DNA from: a virus
Taxonomy: Duplodnaviria; Heunggongvirae; Uroviricota; Caudoviricetes
Reading direction: 5' to 3' (one strand)
DNA: 64,000 nucleotides
Virus record (IMG/VR): IMGVR_UViG_3300033463_000001
Location: 64,001-128,000 of that record
Shown: piece after piece, positions 26,299-36,553 of the stretch
Layout of the letters: each line of letters opens with the position of its first letter
Position numbering within the stretch: the stretch's first letter is position 1
Notes under the pieces: model-generated
The model's database searches: none
What the model was told of the DNA's origin: nothing
What the model saw: only the letters and a program-made list of their open reading frames with translations
Position numbers and translations under genes: made by a program

Positions 26299-27189
26299 CT
26301 ATTTTACTTCGATTTTCTGAAGAGCTTCGAATAAACGGTCTGTTTTGTTGCCTACCCTGATAAGTTCATAGGAACCGTCGTCTTTCAAGTGGATAATACG
26401 TCTGCCAAGTACAGGTATTCCAAGTCCCTTCTCAATTGGAATTTGATAAGCAGCGAGTTGCAATTCATAATGTGAAAACGCCTCATCTACCATATCATCG
26501 AATGGAAATAACAATGTATTGTTGTTCACCCTATTATAGTCACTGTATAGAGTGTCATTCGTCTTGTAGTCCATAATAACAACACCATCTTTCCCGGACA
26601 CAGGGTCTTCATAATACATCATTAAATCGAACATGCCTGCGTACGGGTATATTCCATTTATTTTAGCAGAATACACCTTCGTTTCCACTAACATTGGATA
26701 TAAACCTGGTGTTTGCATTATATCATCCCAAAATTTAATTGCGGCCAACTCTTTACCTGAGTTCGGAACGAAAAAGCCTTTCTCAAGCTGTCGTTTAAAC
26801 ATCGGGAGGATTTTATCATCCTGACATGTGTAATGGTAATAACATGACTCGGCGAACTCATGCACATGTGTTCCGCTGTTCGTAGCAATAACGTTTTTCA
26901 GCGTCCACCACTTTGTTACAGTATCAACACTAACATGATTCTTCTTCGCAAAGTTCTTTTTAATCTTATCCCAGTCTGGCTGCGATTGGAACATATGAAT
27001 CATGCTTGTTACGGGTACCAACTCAACACCATTCAGCAAGTATTTATGAGAACCCTCTATGAAGATGACATCCCCATATGCTTCGACGATTGCGTCTCGG
27101 TATTTGTAAAAATTCTCCGACAGTTCTTTTGTTTTATTCAACTTTCGGATTTCAGCTTCTGTCATCAGCTCTAGATTTTCCTTTGCCAT
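26299..27189 (-). CDS. PD-(D/E)XK exonuclease (Cas4/RecB-like)
   Basis: GTHVHEFAE, E.KVY, AGMFDL, IMDYKT, YELQLAAY. Confidence 0.85.
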   Translation of the reverse strand: MAKENLELMTEAEIRKLNKTKELSENFYKYRDAIVEAYGDVIFIEGSHKYLLNGVELVPVTSMIHMFQSQPDWDKIKKNFAKKNHVSVDTVTKWWTLKNVIATNSGTHVHEFAESCYYHYTCQDDKILPMFKRQLEKGFFVPNSGKELAAIKFWDDIMQTPGLYPMLVETKVYSAKINGIYPYAGMFDLMMYYEDPVSGKDGVVIMDYKTNDTLYSDYNRVNNNTLLFPFDDMVDEAFSHYELQLAAYQIPIEKGLGIPVLGRRIIHLKDDGSYELIRVGNKTDRLFEALQKIEVK

Positions 27190-27289
27190 GGTTGTTACGT
27201 TTTACGTTGCTAATATAGTCCTTTTATTCGGAATCATATGGTTTTTACGTGTAAAAAGGTATTTATAGTTAGTAACAAAAGAACTAGAA

Positions 27290-27985
27290 ATGGCAAATAC
27301 AGCAAAATTCACACAGGAATTGTTAGATGAAATGGTAGCCCGCTCTCTGGAGAAATATCGTATCAAAGAAGGATATGGTGAACAAGATAAAAAATGGGGT
27401 GATTTAAAGAACCAGGTTGTTGGCCGTATCAAAGATGCATTCCATGGCGTAGAGCAGGAACCACAAGGCACATCACGCAACGTAGGTCAAACGCTTGGTA
27501 ACTACGTAAAAGACAATTTCGGTAAAGACCAAGGATTCGGTTTGAAGAAGAAATTGCGCCAAGGTAAACGTGCATTGCAAGTTGGTGCCGGTGCCCTCGG
27601 AGCTGCAACAATTCCGGCGGCAGCTGCTGCTGGTAAAGTAACACGTGCAATCCAACAAACTCCGAATAAAGCGCGCGAAATTCTTCACAATATTATCGGC
27701 GAGGACGAAGAGAAATTGACAAACTGGACTGTTCCTACAGAGTACACACACTTTGCAATACGTAAACGCGATAACAAAATCGTAAACGGATGGGATTATA
27801 GTGATGTAGAACCTGAACAATTGCGCCAATTCCCGCGTGATTATTTCACAGTAGACCTTGAAGATATGGGCGTCGACCCGAAACTATTTAAAATTGCAAC
27901 GAAGAGAGGCTGTCTCAGCAAACTCGGCATCGACCCGTTTGACCCTGAGAACTGGAGCAACCTTTCTGCCGAAGATGTATTATAA
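27290..27985 (+). CDS. putative head-internal protein
   Basis: TATTTAT upstream; KFTQELLDEMVARSLEKYRIKE tag; Ala/Gly hydrophobic segment. Confidence 0.7.
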   Translation: MANTAKFTQELLDEMVARSLEKYRIKEGYGEQDKKWGDLKNQVVGRIKDAFHGVEQEPQGTSRNVGQTLGNYVKDNFGKDQGFGLKKKLRQGKRALQVGAGALGAATIPAAAAAGKVTRAIQQTPNKAREILHNIIGEDEEKLTNWTVPTEYTHFAIRKRDNKIVNGWDYSDVEPEQLRQFPRDYFTVDLEDMGVDPKLFKIATKRGCLSKLGIDPFDPENWSNLSAEDVL

Positions 27986-27997
27986 GTTTAAACACAG

Positions 27998-28594
27998 ATG
28001 AGTAAATATCTTGTTATCCTAGACAATGGACACGGGAAGAACACTCCAGGCAAGTGTTCGCCCAAAGATTCTGATGGTAACCAAATCTTTGAGTGGTACT
28101 ATTGCAGACTTATCGCAAATGCGGTTAAAAAAAGACTTGAGGCTAAAAACATCGCGACCTATCTCACTGTTCCGGAAGATGTAGATGTTGCACTGTCAAC
28201 ACGCGCAAGCCGGGCTAACAAACAGATTGCGCTTGCAAAGAACAAAGGCATGAAATCAGTTATGGTTTCAATACACCTGAACGCTGCAGGCACTGGAGAT
28301 TGGAAGAAGGCTACAGGCTGGGAGGTTTGGTCTACTACGTCTAAAAACAACAGTGACAAACTTGCTGATTGTTTCTGTAACGCGTTCAAAGATATTTTCC
28401 CGAAACAAAAACTGCGCGGCGCAAAAGAGAAGAACTTCACTGTTATCTTCAAAACAAACTGCCCATGCGTATTGACGGAGAACTTCTTCATGGACAGTCA
28501 AGACGACTACAAATTACTACAATCAACCGAAGGTTTCAATCAAATTGTTGAATTACATGTACGTGCATTGCTAGATTATATGGCAAAAAACTGA
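27998..28594 (+). CDS. N-acetylmuramoyl-L-alanine amidase (Amidase_3), putative endolysin
   Basis: ILDNGHG, E, SIHLNA, LTENFFMD. Confidence 0.9.
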   Translation: MSKYLVILDNGHGKNTPGKCSPKDSDGNQIFEWYYCRLIANAVKKRLEAKNIATYLTVPEDVDVALSTRASRANKQIALAKNKGMKSVMVSIHLNAAGTGDWKKATGWEVWSTTSKNNSDKLADCFCNAFKDIFPKQKLRGAKEKNFTVIFKTNCPCVLTENFFMDSQDDYKLLQSTEGFNQIVELHVRALLDYMAKN

Positions 28595-28597
28595 TTA

Positions 28598-29146
28598 ATG
28601 GCACAAGTTTGTTTTATTGTAGCAATGCTGACAATTGTGTTTTATTATGCATTTTTGTCAAGCAATTTTCAACTGCCGGCGTCGTTTTGCGCCGGTGGTT
28701 CTTTAATGAGGCGTAAGTTCGGTAGGTTTACATTCATACCAAACATTGTTCTTGCTATCATTACAGCGTGTATGGTACCACCTGCGTTACTTATAATCTC
28801 GCACGTCACAACTTGTTTGCTTCTACAGTTTTTGCTATATTGCATCGCTGCAGTCACGTTTATATCATTCATGTTCGTAGCGTGTACGATAGGAGTAAAT
28901 AAAGTTAGCTCAATACATGAGATTCTTGGAACAGCCGGTGAATCATTCCTATGGCTATGGGCAATTCTTGTATCGTTTTATTTCGGAACGGTGTTGATAT
29001 CTCTTGCGACGATTGGTATCATCTTTTCATTACACAGTATCCATAAGGAACAGTCTAGAAAGATGATGCGCTATCTATTCTGGAGGGAAGTAGCGGCTTA
29101 TGCCGTCTATTTTGTGACAAACGCTTGCATTTTGGCTATTTTGTAG
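28598..29146 (+). CDS. multi-pass membrane protein (holin candidate by position)
   Basis: About five hydrophobic segments, immediately after the amidase. Confidence 0.6.
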   Translation: MAQVCFIVAMLTIVFYYAFLSSNFQLPASFCAGGSLMRRKFGRFTFIPNIVLAIITACMVPPALLIISHVTTCLLLQFLLYCIAAVTFISFMFVACTIGVNKVSSIHEILGTAGESFLWLWAILVSFYFGTVLISLATIGIIFSLHSIHKEQSRKMMRYLFWREVAAYAVYFVTNACILAIL

Positions 29147-29173
29147 TATTTATTGGTAGTAATTAGCACAAAA

Positions 29174-29791
29174 ATGATTTTAACAGAAAACGACTGGAAG
29201 ACGATATCCGAGCGAGTGGTGAATCGAATCAACGAATCAATGAGTCGCGACGACATCATGCGTGCCGTTGAGCGTCTTAGCAGGTCACAAGGTAAATATG
29301 GACGCCTGCTGCAATTCTTGAACAGCGGCTCAGAGGATGCAGAACTTGTACTGCAAGACCTTGAAGACCAATGTTTCCCTGATGTTGTGTCGATGGTTAT
29401 GTATATTGAAGAGAGTAAAAAGGCAACAAAAGGCCAACAGCTCACAGAAGCGAGTACCATTGATGTGAACCAAGGCATATGGGATGAGTATGATATCCCA
29501 TGGAACGAAGTTGATGATGAACCGGAGAGGTACAATGGTATTTGGTATATCTCTGTAGAGTTCTTCGATTATACAGCATTCCTTGGTGAAATTGATATCG
29601 ATAGACAGTTCGGTACTCTTAAAGACTGTTTGGATTTTGCACAAACAATCGATAGAGAAATGATATTTGATATTTGCAATGAAGAAATCTCAGACGAAGG
29701 ATTTACGTCAATTTCATTGAACATCAACTGTCAGGAAGAGCGCGCTACATATGAAGTAGCAAATACAAAGCTTTTCGTACCGAATAAGTAA
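29174..29791 (+). CDS. putative head-internal acidic protein
   Basis: TATTTAT upstream; MILTENDWKTISERVVNRINE tag; LSRSQGKYGRLL domain. Confidence 0.7.
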   Translation: MILTENDWKTISERVVNRINESMSRDDIMRAVERLSRSQGKYGRLLQFLNSGSEDAELVLQDLEDQCFPDVVSMVMYIEESKKATKGQQLTEASTIDVNQGIWDEYDIPWNEVDDEPERYNGIWYISVEFFDYTAFLGEIDIDRQFGTLKDCLDFAQTIDREMIFDICNEEISDEGFTSISLNINCQEERATYEVANTKLFVPNK

Positions 29792-29814
29792 TGACAAAAA
29801 AAAAGAGGGGTTAA

Positions 29815-30123
29815 TTAAACCTCTCTTTTTTCTTTCTCACTTTCTTGCGCTTTCTCAATCGACATCTTCAATTGTTCTTCCGAAACGACGCCTATCAGTT
29901 TCAATAGGACTTCATCATCGTTATCGTCCGGAAGCATAACAAGCGTAGGTATGTTCTTGATTTCGTACTTACTGACTAATTCATCAGTTTTTTCGTCGTC
30001 GATATCAAACTCTGTAAAGGATACTTTTTTGAAACCATCCCAGGAAGCTCGCAACGACTCAATACGTTTTGCCAATTCCGAACACGGCTGGCACCATATT
30101 GCCGAAAATTTCAGGATTCTCAT
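29815..30123 (-). CDS. thioredoxin
   Basis: FSAIWCQPC, IPTLV. Confidence 0.9.
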   Translation of the reverse strand: MRILKFSAIWCQPCSELAKRIESLRASWDGFKKVSFTEFDIDDEKTDELVSKYEIKNIPTLVMLPDDNDDEVLLKLIGVVSEEQLKMSIEKAQESEKEKREV

Positions 30124-30833
30124 TGAACAAGCGAGTTTTTCTGCAAATCCGCAACCCAGTTATTCAAGAAAGCATTAAAATCTCCGGAGCGCATCTTCTC
30201 TGCTTTGAACGCATCAAACAGGTTACGCATTTCCTGGCCTTGCTTTGTGAATATCTCCTCACCATCCTTACTCTTTACAGAAATAAAGTTCTCATCGTCG
30301 TCTATGAATACACTTCCGTTCTCTAAGTCGTATTGGCCACTGATTGACTCTGCACCGATACTCTCTTTGAGGATATGCTCATACTCGCTACCAACGACGC
30401 GTTTGAACGTACTTTCGCTGACAATCACCTCACGCGGAGTATGTTTCTTCTGAACGTTTTCGTTTTTCGTCATGTCGCAAAGGTAGATACAAACATTCAA
30501 CTCATGAATGAATCCTTCAACAACACTTCGTACACCGATATACTTAGCATCAGAGATGTGACCATAGTATTGATATACGTCTTGCAAAAGTTCTGCTAAG
30601 AACTCGTTGAGCTTTATTGCCTTCGGAAGCTCTTCCTTAATATCACCCGGTTGGATTTTTCCGTATAGAGTCTGCAGCTCTTCTGCAAGAGAGTCCTCGA
30701 AACCGTATAGTTTATCTGTTACGTCATCACAGAGTTTATGCAAACTCATGTTAGAAGCATCCCAATGGAGCTCTTTAATCCTAATTTTGTAACCTGCAAG
30801 CTTATTCAAAAGCTTAGATGCGTTTTCTTCCAT
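30120..30833 (-). CDS. Dps/ferritin-like protein with a C-terminal extension
   Basis: LHW...LHKLCDD...EDSLAE ferroxidase-like pattern; start revised to MEENASK. Confidence 0.75.
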   Translation of the reverse strand: MEENASKLLNKLAGYKIRIKELHWDASNMSLHKLCDDVTDKLYGFEDSLAEELQTLYGKIQPGDIKEELPKAIKLNEFLAELLQDVYQYYGHISDAKYIGVRSVVEGFIHELNVCIYLCDMTKNENVQKKHTPREVIVSESTFKRVVGSEYEHILKESIGAESISGQYDLENGSVFIDDDENFISVKSKDGEEIFTKQGQEMRNLFDAFKAEKMRSGDFNAFLNNWVADLQKNSLVQ

Positions 30834-30898
30834 TTTTTGAAATTGTTTATCTTTAAATAAATAGTCTTTCGGTGTATTTATAGGTGACAACATTTGCT

Positions 30899-31234
30899 AT
30901 GAGAGAAGTAGTTATCACACAACATCAATATAACGCTTTGCTTAACGAGGCTGTATCTATGCTTCCGGAGCGTGTTAAACAGATAGTAGCCGCCTTAGAC
31001 TCGAATTTCATGGTCAATAGAGACAAGAATTCGCAGGATTATGGGGCTGTGTATCGTATTGATTCTAGTGGACGCGCTATCGCTAAAGTTGATGATGTTG
31101 AAGTATTTTACAAACTACAGGGACTTTGTCAAACTATTGCAGATAAGGCAACCAGAGATAGCCTTCTTAAAAAAGTCATAAAGGACTGGTATGCCGGCTC
31201 AATTAAAGGCTCTCTGATGTCTGTTGCTCTTTAA
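30899..31234 (+). CDS. putative head-associated protein
   Basis: TATTTAT upstream; MREVVITQHQYNALLNE tag. Confidence 0.65.
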   Translation: MREVVITQHQYNALLNEAVSMLPERVKQIVAALDSNFMVNRDKNSQDYGAVYRIDSSGRAIAKVDDVEVFYKLQGLCQTIADKATRDSLLKKVIKDWYAGSIKGSLMSVAL

Positions 31235-33629
31235 TAGCCTTGCGGCGCTTTGAAGCTACACGGACTTTGATTGTGTCATTGTCAATGTATGCTTCAAATT
31301 TTTTTGCACTACCGTTAAGGAGGATTTCATCAACAAGCTTCTCTTCAACCTCAGTTTCTATTTTGCGAATAATCGGCCTTGCTCCCATTTTGCGTTCTTT
31401 CTTATCAAGCGCCGCGAGTTTTTCGATAACACCATCTCCAATTGCAAGCGTATAGCCTTTCTTCGAGATTCGCTCAATGAATTTGCTTACCTCAAGGTTA
31501 GTAATCCTCTTGATATCATCATCACTAAGACTGTTGAAGTACATAATTGAATCCAGGCGGTTTATAAACTCCGGTTTGAAGTACTTCTTCACACTACTTT
31601 CGATAATCTCCTTATTGCGTTTCTCAACTGTATCTACGTCATTTTCATAGCCGATACCATACATTCCGTTGTTTACTGACGCGGTACCAATGTTTGACGT
31701 TAGGATAATGAAACAATTCCTGAAGTCGACTGTACTACCAATACCATCTGTCAACCGGCCATCATCAAACACTTGAAGGAATACATCGAAAATATCTTTA
31801 TGTGCTTTCTCAACTTCATCAAGTAGAATAACGCAGTTTTTCTTCTGACTTACCTTAGACGTCAACTGTCCGCCGTTGTCATATCCAACATATCCAGGAG
31901 GCGCACCAATTAGTTTTGATACAGAATGCTTTTCGCTGTACTCTGACATATCGAAGCGAACCAACGCATTCTCATCTCCATACAGTTCCCTTGCAAGTTC
32001 TTTAGCAACAAGTGTCTTTCCCACACCGGATTGGCCTATAAACAAAAGATTACCTCGCGTCCTATTCTCACTACCGAGCCCAAGTTTTGCTTTCTTTACG
32101 ACGCTTGCTATTTTATCTACAACTTCGTCTTGGCCTATAATCCTTTTCTTGAGCCTATCTCCGATGTTGTACAGATGCTCTTTGTCGTTAAGATTCAGAT
32201 TCTTTACCTCAATACCAGTCGCATGTGACACAGCCGTCTTGATGTTCTCGTCCGTAATCTGTGTAGGCTCCTCGCCTTCGCCGTGTAATCTTTCAGCATC
32301 AGCAATAGAACGTTCAATCTCATCCTCAAGAACTTTTGCTTTCTGGTATGCTGCAGTTCCTAAACGTGCTGCCTTTTTAACATCTTCGTGTATTTTGTCG
32401 CGCTTTTGGTACAACACTGCGAGTTGTTCGTCAACTTTATTGTTATACGCTGCGGCTGCAAATGTCAAGTCAAGTATATTAACAGCATCACCAGGCATGA
32501 CATAATTTGATTTATACCGCTTACACAAGTCATAAATGATATCCAGTTTTGCAGTGTTGAATTTGATTTTTGAATGACGACTCATCGACTTGGCGTGAAG
32601 CTTTAAAACAGCCTTTGTTGTTTTTTCGTCTGCGTTTTCTACGTTGATAACATCAAATAACCCGGAGAAGTTCGGTATTCTTGTGAGATATGATAGTCCT
32701 GTTGGTGTAGTTGTTGCAATTACAGGTATAGCGTCTTCGCTAAGACTCGTAAACAACCTCAAGCTTCCTGGTTCATCCAAATCAGAGAAATCATCTAGGT
32801 CATTAATAATCGTTACGATGTTTTTGTCCTTCACAGTTGCTATGAACTCCTCCATTCTGGTGTCGGGACTTGAGTGCATAACACCGTGTGTGATAACAGA
32901 CGTGTTGTCCATTAGAGTGTATTTGTACCCAACCAATTTTTGAGGAACATCACTTTTATCCAAACGATTTAATACAGCATTGATAATACTGCGTTTTCCA
33001 CAACCATTCTCTCCAACCAACAATACATGTGGTTTATATTCCTTACAGAGGATTGTGATGATTTGTTTTTCAATCTCACGATTATGGATAAGCATCGATG
33101 GTTTAAAAGACACCTCTTTTGAATGTGTGAACATTACTTGAGCACTCTTAACCTCAGGTTCCGGTTGTGCTTCATCCTTATTTCCAGCAGCCTCCTCGGC
33201 ACGAATCTCCTGAAGCAGTCGAGCGCTTTTTGCGGACGAGCGTAGAACACCTGAAATTAACATGTTTGGATACTCACGCATGATTCCAGCAATAATATCC
33301 GTAGATGTTAATTTGTGTTCTGGTTTTACAAACTGTGCCTCGCAGAATAACAATAGTCGCGAAGCCTCAGCATCGGCAATAGAATCACCAATGGAAATTT
33401 TCTCATTAACGCTTGTAACGTATGTGTTATACAAGCGCTGATACTCGCGGTCATTGTCTGAAAGCAAATATTTTATTGCGGTATTGCCGTGCGACATTGG
33501 TACGGACATAATGGCACCAACAAGGCGCTTAATTGTAATAGCTCCGTACTTTGCTTCGCAAACATCCAATACGGTTTGTAATTCTACGTCAGAGTTGTCT
33601 TTTATTCTCTTATATTCCTCTTGTGTCAT
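31203..33629 (-). CDS. ClpA/B/C-family AAA+ ATPase with a degenerate NBD1
   Basis: NBD2: GQSGVGKT, RFDMSEY, LIGAPPGYVGY, LLDEVEKAH, FINRLD, GARP. NBD1: GENGCGKR with no intact Walker B. Confidence 0.9.
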   Translation of the reverse strand: MTQEEYKRIKDNSDVELQTVLDVCEAKYGAITIKRLVGAIMSVPMSHGNTAIKYLLSDNDREYQRLYNTYVTSVNEKISIGDSIADAEASRLLLFCEAQFVKPEHKLTSTDIIAGIMREYPNMLISGVLRSSAKSARLLQEIRAEEAAGNKDEAQPEPEVKSAQVMFTHSKEVSFKPSMLIHNREIEKQIITILCKEYKPHVLLVGENGCGKRSIINAVLNRLDKSDVPQKLVGYKYTLMDNTSVITHGVMHSSPDTRMEEFIATVKDKNIVTIINDLDDFSDLDEPGSLRLFTSLSEDAIPVIATTTPTGLSYLTRIPNFSGLFDVINVENADEKTTKAVLKLHAKSMSRHSKIKFNTAKLDIIYDLCKRYKSNYVMPGDAVNILDLTFAAAAYNNKVDEQLAVLYQKRDKIHEDVKKAARLGTAAYQKAKVLEDEIERSIADAERLHGEGEEPTQITDENIKTAVSHATGIEVKNLNLNDKEHLYNIGDRLKKRIIGQDEVVDKIASVVKKAKLGLGSENRTRGNLLFIGQSGVGKTLVAKELARELYGDENALVRFDMSEYSEKHSVSKLIGAPPGYVGYDNGGQLTSKVSQKKNCVILLDEVEKAHKDIFDVFLQVFDDGRLTDGIGSTVDFRNCFIILTSNIGTASVNNGMYGIGYENDVDTVEKRNKEIIESSVKKYFKPEFINRLDSIMYFNSLSDDDIKRITNLEVSKFIERISKKGYTLAIGDGVIEKLAALDKKERKMGARPIIRKIETEVEEKLVDEILLNGSAKKFEAYIDNDTIKVRVASKRRKAIKEQQTSESL

Positions 33630-33686
33630 ATCGTTGAAAAAACATCAAGCGTAATATACATTAATAGCAAACATAAATCAACAATA

Positions 33687-34202
33687 ATGTATACATTCAA
33701 ACACAACGAAGATGGAATCGAGGAATGCTACTATGATAGCTCCAATGTTTTCTACTCAAAACTCATTGACACACCTAATGAGTTAAAGACACTAACTGTA
33801 GTTTTCAAAAACGGTGGCACGTACGTGTATAATAATGTAGACGTGCGTGAATATGTAAGGTTTAGGGATAGCGAAAGCACAGGAAAGGCATTCCAGGCTA
33901 TTATCGCCACGAAATCACCAGATGGTGCACCAAAATATCCTTACCATCGCATAGAAGATTCATCAATTGCCGAGTTGCTTATGCGCAAACAAGATTTAGA
34001 GTTTGCCGCTGCGCAAAACAAAGAAGAAACACAAGATATAAACGAGACGGTGGAAGATAATTGCCTAGCAATAGGAGATGATAGAATAGAGCTGACCATC
34101 TCCGGACACCATACTAAAATCACATTCCAAAAGCCAGACATGGCACCAGTAATGGAGCTCCTGCATGCGTTAAAAATTTCTTACCGTACCGCGTATGTAT
34201 AA
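33687..34202 (+). CDS. KTSC domain protein
   Basis: SSNV...LTVVFKNGGTYVY.NV...Y..F..SES.GK.F. Confidence 0.8.
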   Translation: MYTFKHNEDGIEECYYDSSNVFYSKLIDTPNELKTLTVVFKNGGTYVYNNVDVREYVRFRDSESTGKAFQAIIATKSPDGAPKYPYHRIEDSSIAELLMRKQDLEFAAAQNKEETQDINETVEDNCLAIGDDRIELTISGHHTKITFQKPDMAPVMELLHALKISYRTAYV

Positions 34203-34243
34203 CCCATCTGTGTTAGTATTTATGGGTATACACACTTTACATA

Positions 34244-35077
34244 ATGTACGATAAAGAATTTATGCATATTGATGAAGATACTACGTGTATCACTAAGGGA
34301 GGTAAACTAAACGAAAACATAATCGACGATAGTGTTGACGTGGACGATATCAATATGTCGTCCTTCAAAATTAAAGACGGCCTAAACGGACTTATTTGGG
34401 GTAGTACTGGTATACGCCCCAAAGTTCGTATTCGTCTTTTACAAATCGCACAAGATTTCTGGGACGAAGTTGAAATCAAGTGGGTTGACCCGATAGACGT
34501 TATCGTTACCGGTTCAATAGCAAACTACAACTGGTCTAGATTCTCAGACATAGACCTTCATCTAATAGTTGATTTCTCACAAATAGGCGAACGTGCAGAC
34601 CTTGTTAAGGAACTCATGGATGCTAAGAAGAATATATGGAATAGCAAACATGACGAGCTTAAAATTAATGGTTTTAACGTAGAGTTATACGTACAGGACA
34701 TTAACGAAACGGTTGACGCGACAGGTATTTATTCTTTGTACCGCAACAAATGGCTGCGCAAGCCATCACGCTCCGTATTCCTGTCAAAGAAAGTTGACGA
34801 TGATGACGTCAGGAGAATGGCTGCTCATTTTATCAATGATATCGATGACCTTTCTGAGGATTTGAATGATGCGGTAAGCGCACTGGATATAGAGGATGTT
34901 TCTAAACGCATCTATCTTCTTTATGATAAGATTCGTCAAATGCGCAAAAGCTACTTACAAAAAGAAGGTGAGTTTTCTCTCGGCGATAAAGTCTATAAGG
35001 TTCTAAGGCGCGCAGGCTACCTTGAAAAACTGATTGATTTGAAGTCTAAAAGCTACGACAAAGTAATGTCAATATGA
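34244..35077 (+). CDS. Pol-beta superfamily nucleotidyltransferase
   Basis: TGSIANYNWSRFSDIDLH, VELYVQD, YKVLRRAGYL. Confidence 0.85.
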   Translation: MYDKEFMHIDEDTTCITKGGKLNENIIDDSVDVDDINMSSFKIKDGLNGLIWGSTGIRPKVRIRLLQIAQDFWDEVEIKWVDPIDVIVTGSIANYNWSRFSDIDLHLIVDFSQIGERADLVKELMDAKKNIWNSKHDELKINGFNVELYVQDINETVDATGIYSLYRNKWLRKPSRSVFLSKKVDDDDVRRMAAHFINDIDDLSEDLNDAVSALDIEDVSKRIYLLYDKIRQMRKSYLQKEGEFSLGDKVYKVLRRAGYLEKLIDLKSKSYDKVMSI

Positions 35078-35176
35078 CTTTTTCGTTAAAATAGAGTATT
35101 TATTGATAGTACAGACTGTCTTTTCGTGTCATGTACACAATAGAAACATTGATTAAGCAAATAAACATTTCTAGAA

Positions 35177-36448
35177 ATGCAAATAGATGAACAAATTAAA
35201 CAGATGCAACATCTGATGTATTACAAGGGCGCAGAAGCTCCTGTAAAACGCCAAACCTCTCTCGAATACATGCGTGAAGGTGTTGACGGTAAAACCTACG
35301 GCATTTCGCACGAGGGTAATTCTTACTACATCAAGGTAAGCGAGAAGGCCGGCAAGAACCTTGTTGCTGAAGATTTCGATTACGTTGGCGGTTTTGTAAA
35401 TAAGGGTCGTGTAAAGTACGCTAGCTACACAGACGCAATGAAGAACCTTGACATGAAACTTCAAGAGATTCGTACTTCTCTTGGTAAAAAGGCTACTATC
35501 ATTGAGTCAACCAACCCTGAATACAAAGAAGTACTCATCACCGAGGCTACTGGCGAGATGAGTGATTTCATCAAACGTCAGCGTCAAATCATGGCTAACA
35601 TGCGTGTTATCGAGGAAGGCGCAAACCTTCAAACGAAACCCGTTGGCCTTGAGATTGGTAAAGTAGGTGATTCAGAACCGTTTGGCGAGCAACACGCTGA
35701 GGCTAACCAATTCGCCGAGAAGAGTGGTTTCGAAGAGAAGCCGAAAGAGGCAAATGCAGACGGTGAGCCTGCTGGCGCCAAAACTCCCGGTGTTGGCAAC
35801 GGTCCTGAGGCTGCAAACGACGGTCTGAAAGAAGTCCCCGGTGCAAAAGAAGGTGCGAAAGCAGCTGAGAAGCCGGTAATGAAAGAGGAAAAGGATTTCG
35901 ACGAGGAAGAGACAACTCCTGCAAAGGAAGCTGACGAGACTCCTTGTGAGAAATGCGGTAAGACTCCTTGCGAGTGCGGTAAGGAAGATGGCGCTGATGA
36001 TAAACTGCAGCAAATCCTTGACCGTCTCGATGCTCTTGAGAAGAAAATTGAGGAAATCCCGTTCCAAGAGGAAGAGCCTGCAACTCCGGTAGACCCGGAA
36101 GGCGAACCTGAGGCTGGTCTTGACCTTACTCCTGCAGAGGACGAAGTTCCTGTAGACCCGGAATGTCAACTTCCTATTGACGCAACTACTGAACCTCAAA
36201 TCGAAGAGGAAGGTCTTGGTATTGAGTGGGAGGATGAGAATCCTAACGGAGACCCCGACGAACAAGAGCAAATCGACGCTCTCTGGAAGAAATATCCGTG
36301 GCTCAAAGATACAGATGCAGAACTGGCAGCAATCGAGCACGGCTCAGACGCAGCTGCAGCACAGGCAGCAGCAGAGGCTGACATCAATGCAGCCACAGCA
36401 GCTGAGGAAGAGGCACGCAGGGCTGAAGAAGAGGCAGCTGGTGAATAA
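35177..36448 (+). CDS. acidic putative prohead core or internal protein
   Basis: TATTTAT upstream; DGKTYGISHEGNSYYIK; many [ILV]xE sites; E/P-rich tail. Confidence 0.7.
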   Translation: MQIDEQIKQMQHLMYYKGAEAPVKRQTSLEYMREGVDGKTYGISHEGNSYYIKVSEKAGKNLVAEDFDYVGGFVNKGRVKYASYTDAMKNLDMKLQEIRTSLGKKATIIESTNPEYKEVLITEATGEMSDFIKRQRQIMANMRVIEEGANLQTKPVGLEIGKVGDSEPFGEQHAEANQFAEKSGFEEKPKEANADGEPAGAKTPGVGNGPEAANDGLKEVPGAKEGAKAAEKPVMKEEKDFDEEETTPAKEADETPCEKCGKTPCECGKEDGADDKLQQILDRLDALEKKIEEIPFQEEEPATPVDPEGEPEAGLDLTPAEDEVPVDPECQLPIDATTEPQIEEEGLGIEWEDENPNGDPDEQEQIDALWKKYPWLKDTDAELAAIEHGSDAAAAQAAAEADINAATAAEEEARRAEEEAAGE

Positions 36449-36477
36449 TCGGTCTTTAACACCTCTATTCTAATTCG

Positions 36478-36504
36478 CAAAGCACAGTTTCACGCTGTGC
36501 TTTG
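36478..36504 (+). terminator. intrinsic terminator
   Basis: caaagcacag-tttcacg-ctgtgctttg. Confidence 0.65.
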
Positions 36505-36553
36505 TTGTTTATTCTATAAACGAGTATTTATAGTTAGTAAATAGTATACTGCG

